From the IMG/VR virus record IMGVR_UViG_3300027793_000052, positions 62,001-126,000 of that record: a stretch of DNA of 64,000 nt, one strand, 5' to 3'. The notes under the pieces were generated by a model. That model was given only the letters and a program-made list of their open reading frames with translations, searched no databases and was not told the DNA's origin. Position 1 is the first letter of the stretch. Each line of letters begins with the position of its first letter. Of the stretch, positions 59,774 through 64,000 are shown in pieces. The position numbers and the translations under genes were made by a program.

Positions 59774-61584
59774 TGTCTAAAAAATTAAGAGAAATAGAAG
59801 AAACTAGTTTCGAAGATAAAGTTAAATCTTTAGATGATAAGATTTTAAATCTTAAAAACAAATCAAAAGAAGTAAATAATCAAATTATTAATAGTAAAGC
59901 ACAATCTACAGCCGCATCCACACAAGCTAGTAGAGCTGTCGGTGTAACACCAGAAGTTGAGGCTCAAGACAGACAAATGAAAACAGCACTAGCAAAAAAA
60001 TCTAGAGAAGAGGCCAAATACTTTCAAGGTGAATTAGACAAGGTTAAAGATGAAATTAAATCAGTTGAAGTGGAAAAGGCTAATTTATTAAAAAATAAAA
60101 ATATACAACAAGAAAATACTATGGCTAACTTAACTAAACAAGATATTTTACGTATATTGGAGTCTTCACAGTCAGCTATAATGACTAAAAGTGAACTAGT
60201 AGAAACAATATCAAAAAAAATATTAACAGAAGACATGAATGACGATGTAAGAAGAAAATTTGAAAGTGGTGAAAATGACTTTTCAGAAATTTTAGGTAGG
60301 GATTTAACCAATCAATTAGCTAGGGAATCCTTCGAAGAAATAGCTAGAAATATCAGAGAAAAAACTGGTAAACAAAATGTAACATTTAATGATGTTCAAA
60401 GAATTATGAGTAATTCCTTGGTTAGTGCGGCAAAACAAGAATATCGTATGGGTATTCAAAATTTAGAGGCTAAAGCAGTTGAAATGGTTAAAAAAAGTTT
60501 TAAAATCCCTGAAGGTTCTATCGAGTTTGAGGCCACAATATCAGGTTTACCACCAGCTATGTTAGGTTTACCTGAAGATATTTCTGAAGAAGAAATGAGA
60601 CAGGCTTCTGAACAAAATGGTTTTAAAATTGGTAAAATTAATCGTGGTAATCTTAGAATAAATACCCCAGAACCTCAAAAACCAAGAGGTAAAAATGAAG
60701 ACCAATTAAAATCGGCGGTTAAAAGACGTAGATACACTAACGCTATGACACATGGTGCGGCAAGGAAATCACAAAATTTACATATGCTAGATGATGAATT
60801 CCGTAGACAAAATCAACGTTTGGCTAAAGATTATAGTGATTTAATGGCGGCCAACGACGCTAGTTATTTTTTATTGGATGATGAAACTATAAAAGACCAA
60901 GGAAGTAGTGGTGTTCATGCGGGAAATGTTAAGATAACCACAACAAGTGAAGGTAAATATAAAATTATAGCACAAGGTATGACATTCCCAATACTTTTAC
61001 ATGAATTAGGTAAAGGTGTTATAGATCTAATGTCGGATTGGGGTAAGTCTAAGGATCCTGAAATTAGAAAATATGTGGCCGAAAAAGTGGACACATTAGA
61101 AAATGAAACCAATGATATTCGTTTAGGTACTAAAATTTGGGAAAAATTCGTTCAACAAATACCAGTAGACAATCAAGAAGCTATATCATTAACTTGGCAT
61201 AAATTACAAGAATTAGAAGACGATGAGTATAATAAAATAGTTGAGGGTTTAATAGCCAACAAAACCGAAGCTCAAACAAAAGTTAGAAGGTTGGCTGATG
61301 AGGCTATAAGAGAACTAAGAGAAGAAGAAATGCAATCTTCTTTTGGTGGAGATGACGATGAACCAATCGATGATAAAGGTGAAACACCTACAGCTGATGA
61401 CGAGGAAGAAGAGGAGGATGATATATTAAAACGTATAATGGGTAAACAAGAACCAGAAGATGTTGTGGATAGTCCTGAAACTTGGTCTAAAAAAGAATTA
61501 GAATCGGCTATTGATCAGGCTTTAGATGACGAAGACTATGGGTTGGTTAAAAAATTAACCGATATACTGAATAGAAAATATTAA
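59773..61584 (+). CDS. large hypothetical protein with C-terminal UVR-like motif
   Basis: RRRYTNAM.HG, FPILLHELGKG, IDQALDDEDY..VKKL. Confidence 0.7.
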   Translation: MSKKLREIEETSFEDKVKSLDDKILNLKNKSKEVNNQIINSKAQSTAASTQASRAVGVTPEVEAQDRQMKTALAKKSREEAKYFQGELDKVKDEIKSVEVEKANLLKNKNIQQENTMANLTKQDILRILESSQSAIMTKSELVETISKKILTEDMNDDVRRKFESGENDFSEILGRDLTNQLARESFEEIARNIREKTGKQNVTFNDVQRIMSNSLVSAAKQEYRMGIQNLEAKAVEMVKKSFKIPEGSIEFEATISGLPPAMLGLPEDISEEEMRQASEQNGFKIGKINRGNLRINTPEPQKPRGKNEDQLKSAVKRRRYTNAMTHGAARKSQNLHMLDDEFRRQNQRLAKDYSDLMAANDASYFLLDDETIKDQGSSGVHAGNVKITTTSEGKYKIIAQGMTFPILLHELGKGVIDLMSDWGKSKDPEIRKYVAEKVDTLENETNDIRLGTKIWEKFVQQIPVDNQEAISLTWHKLQELEDDEYNKIVEGLIANKTEAQTKVRRLADEAIRELREEEMQSSFGGDDDEPIDDKGETPTADDEEEEEDDILKRIMGKQEPEDVVDSPETWSKKELESAIDQALDDEDYGLVKKLTDILNRKY

Positions 61585-61587
61585 AAA

Positions 61588-61668
61588 TCTTAACGTTTAG
61601 GACCGTTAAGTTATGTGGGGTGAAAGCCCCCGACTAACCCGTGTGTTCGCTCCATACGGGTTTTTTAA
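61588..61668 (+). terminator. triple-hairpin element ending in an intrinsic terminator
   Basis: TTAACG/CGTTAA, GGGG/CCCC, ACCCGT/ACGGGT plus T-run. Confidence 0.65.
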
Positions 61669-61706
61669 TGTTTATTTTATATTATAAATGATGATATTTA
61701 TTACAT

Positions 61707-64000
61707 ATGAGGACTAAATTTTTGTTAGAAGAATTAATATTTGAAGGTAGGTTGGAGGATGTTAAAAAAAAATATCCTGAAGTACCTGAAGAGTTTGTAG
61801 AAGAATTATCAAGGAAAGACCCTTCAGGTAATAACAAGTATTTGGATTGGATGGTTAAACGGAAATCGTCTGATGTAACAATACCTATGATTGTTAAATA
61901 CACAAATTTATTCCATAAAAATTTAAATAAACTAACTAAAGAAAATTTAGATGAGTTTGTTAAAAGTAGTAGTAGATTTGATTGGTTGTTAACAGACGAC
62001 AGTCCAATCGCTAAGGAATTTCAAAAAATATATAAATCACCAAAAGATATAAATCAATATACGGATTGGGTTTTATTTGTTGAGGTAGTAAAATTCATTG
62101 ATGAATTACTAACTAAATCTGACGTTAAAAAATTAGAAACTAAAACATTATATAATGATGATAATTTATTAATATTAATACCTTTATCACATAAAGCGTC
62201 TTGTTTTTATGGTTCTGGCACTAAATGGTGTACAACAAATAAGGAATCTGACAATTATTTTAAAAGTTACAGTTCAAAAGGCACCCTATTCTATATAATA
62301 AACAAAAAAGAACCTCAATCAAACCCTTGGTATAAAGCGGCCATTTTTTTCAACAATGACGGCAATGCTGAAGCTTATGATGCTCCAGATAAACCAACAT
62401 CTATTAAAGTAGCTAAAGATAGTATACCTAATTGGGATACTGTTCGTGATGTTATTGTGGATTACTTATCATCTAACAACAAAAAAGGTATTGATAAGTT
62501 ATATTTCGGTGATGAACTAATAACTTGGGTTGATTCATTAGGTTTGGATCCATTAAAAACTTTATCTTATGATAGATTTATTAAAGAATTAGGGGTTGAT
62601 AAGGCATATGAATATATGGTTAAAAAACAAGTTGATCCTATAGATTACATTGAAGGTGCTGATAATATATTTTATTTTTACTCACAATTAATTAAGGATG
62701 AACTTAAAACTGTTAAAACCTTATGGGAATTAGCCAAAAAAAGAAATTACAACCCTTTTGATTTTTTAGATTTTTCTTCTTCTAGTGTTAAATCATTATT
62801 AAATGCAATAATAGAAAATATTATAAGTTTAGATGATTTTTTAAACGAAATCATGAAACATAAATACAGTATAAATAACCTTTTCGGTCATCTTAGTAAT
62901 GCTACCACCGCTGAATATATTATTAAACTTTTTAAAACAAATAATACTGATAGTAATAAAGAGGCTGTTAATTTATTTTTTAATTTTTGTTTTGAGGCTG
63001 ATATAAACCCTTTTAATAATTTAAACCAAAGAGTTATAAAAATTATTTTAGATGTTTATAGTATTGAGGAAAAAATAGATTTTATTTTAAAAAATATTAA
63101 TTTAGTACCAAATGACGTTGAATTATACAAATACGGTATAGATGATGGACAAATATTTGCTTATTGTGATGAAGAAGAAATTAAACTAATATTATCAAAG
63201 AATTTACTTAGTGATATTAATTTAGATTTGTACATAAAAGTTTTTGGTAATTCACCAGAAACTTATTGGAGGTATATTTCACATATAACAGGGTTACATA
63301 TTGATATTATAAAATATAGATTAATTAATACTAGAGATTTTGTTGAAACTTATTTATTTGTAACAGGGGTTAGAAAAATATTCCCAACACTTGATGATTT
63401 ACAAAAATCTATAAACGACTTAGTTGGTTTGGACGAAGATGGTGATAATATAGTTGATGTGTTGTACAACGTCTCAACTCAAGTTGTTGTGGATGATTTT
63501 TTTAACAAAAATTATTATGAAGCTTATTTAAATTATAAAAAATTAGATATCTTGGATGATTTTGATGATTTATTTAAAATTTGTGCTTACAATTCCGCAC
63601 CACCAGAAGATAAAGAAATTAAAGAAGAAGTTCTATCTATTATTGAACATAGTTTTGGGGGTTACCGTAACGGTCAAATTAGGGAAGAGGGTGGAAGTTT
63701 TTATTTAACAATCGATGATTTATGTTATTTAGAAGATTTGTATACTGAAGTTTCTGGTAAAATTGTCTGTGGTGAAGATATTATAGATTGGTATGGTTAT
63801 GATGCTGATGAAGCTGTCCCAAGTGTTTTAGAAGTAAAGGGTGTTTCCGAATTAATTAGAGACTATTTGATGGAAGAAATGCGTAATAAAAAAATAACTT
63901 TAAAAGACTATTATATTGACGATTTTGAAAGTTGGGTGGAGGATTACGATGAAGATAACGGTAAATTTTCAATTACGTTATATGATGAAAGAATTGTGGG
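61707..64000 (+). CDS. YGxxTxWC-family protein, paralog 3 (runs off window end; not in track)
   Basis: ATATTTAT upstream; MRTKFLLEELIFEGRLED, KDPSGNNKYLDW, ASCFYGSGTKWCTT. Confidence 0.75.
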   Translation, partial: MRTKFLLEELIFEGRLEDVKKKYPEVPEEFVEELSRKDPSGNNKYLDWMVKRKSSDVTIPMIVKYTNLFHKNLNKLTKENLDEFVKSSSRFDWLLTDDSPIAKEFQKIYKSPKDINQYTDWVLFVEVVKFIDELLTKSDVKKLETKTLYNDDNLLILIPLSHKASCFYGSGTKWCTTNKESDNYFKSYSSKGTLFYIINKKEPQSNPWYKAAIFFNNDGNAEAYDAPDKPTSIKVAKDSIPNWDTVRDVIVDYLSSNNKKGIDKLYFGDELITWVDSLGLDPLKTLSYDRFIKELGVDKAYEYMVKKQVDPIDYIEGADNIFYFYSQLIKDELKTVKTLWELAKKRNYNPFDFLDFSSSSVKSLLNAIIENIISLDDFLNEIMKHKYSINNLFGHLSNATTAEYIIKLFKTNNTDSNKEAVNLFFNFCFEADINPFNNLNQRVIKIILDVYSIEEKIDFILKNINLVPNDVELYKYGIDDGQIFAYCDEEEIKLILSKNLLSDINLDLYIKVFGNSPETYWRYISHITGLHIDIIKYRLINTRDFVETYLFVTGVRKIFPTLDDLQKSINDLVGLDEDGDNIVDVLYNVSTQVVVDDFFNKNYYEAYLNYKKLDILDDFDDLFKICAYNSAPPEDKEIKEEVLSIIEHSFGGYRNGQIREEGGSFYLTIDDLCYLEDLYTEVSGKIVCGEDIIDWYGYDADEAVPSVLEVKGVSELIRDYLMEEMRNKKITLKDYYIDDFESWVEDYDEDNGKFSITLYDERIV

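Noticed and set aside
1-64000. Stop-codon reassignment (code 15 or 4)
   Set aside because: Long recognisable genes are intact in code 11, and TAG and TGA end genes right at the start of neighbours
1-64000. Bacterial chromosome or eukaryotic giant-virus origin
   Set aside because: Dense short hypothetical genes, tail fibres, homing endonucleases and bacterial promoters and terminators fit a phage; no ribosomal or central-metabolism operons

Overview
Very AT-rich, gene-dense phage DNA, most likely part of a jumbo/large tailed phage infecting Bacteroidota. Host inference comes from TAnnTTTG promoters, a DUF4294 gene and Bacteroidota-style lipoproteins; no capsid, terminase or polymerase gene lies in this window. 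About 1-26 kb is an accessory region of small hypothetical genes, modular acidic proteins and several structured non-coding stretches. About 26-64 kb holds DNA metabolism and virion-associated genes: split ATP-dependent DNA ligase, HNH and Hef-like homing endonucleases, uvsE, two tail fibres, RadA-like ATPase, DHH phosphoesterase, clpC, thyA, nucleotidyltransferases and a large acidic protein. Main leads: (1) a DNA ligase fractured into two ORFs around an HNH gene, with each half carrying a piece of an apparently non-catalytic split-intein (Hint)-like module; (2) many genes behind an ATATTTAT motif that share an N-terminal M(R/K)NLIKKILKE-type leader and repeated acidic-(L/I)xE linkers, suggesting capsid-targeted, protease-processed polyproteins with shuffled modules; (3) a DHH gene broken by an 11-nt CTT-TGA-GGGAA-CTT insert inside its catalytic motif; (4) small early proteins sharing a basic/hydrophobic C-terminal tail; (5) candidate ncRNAs, a tRNA-like element and a ~69% GC island. 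All family assignments come from motif recognition by eye, not database searches.
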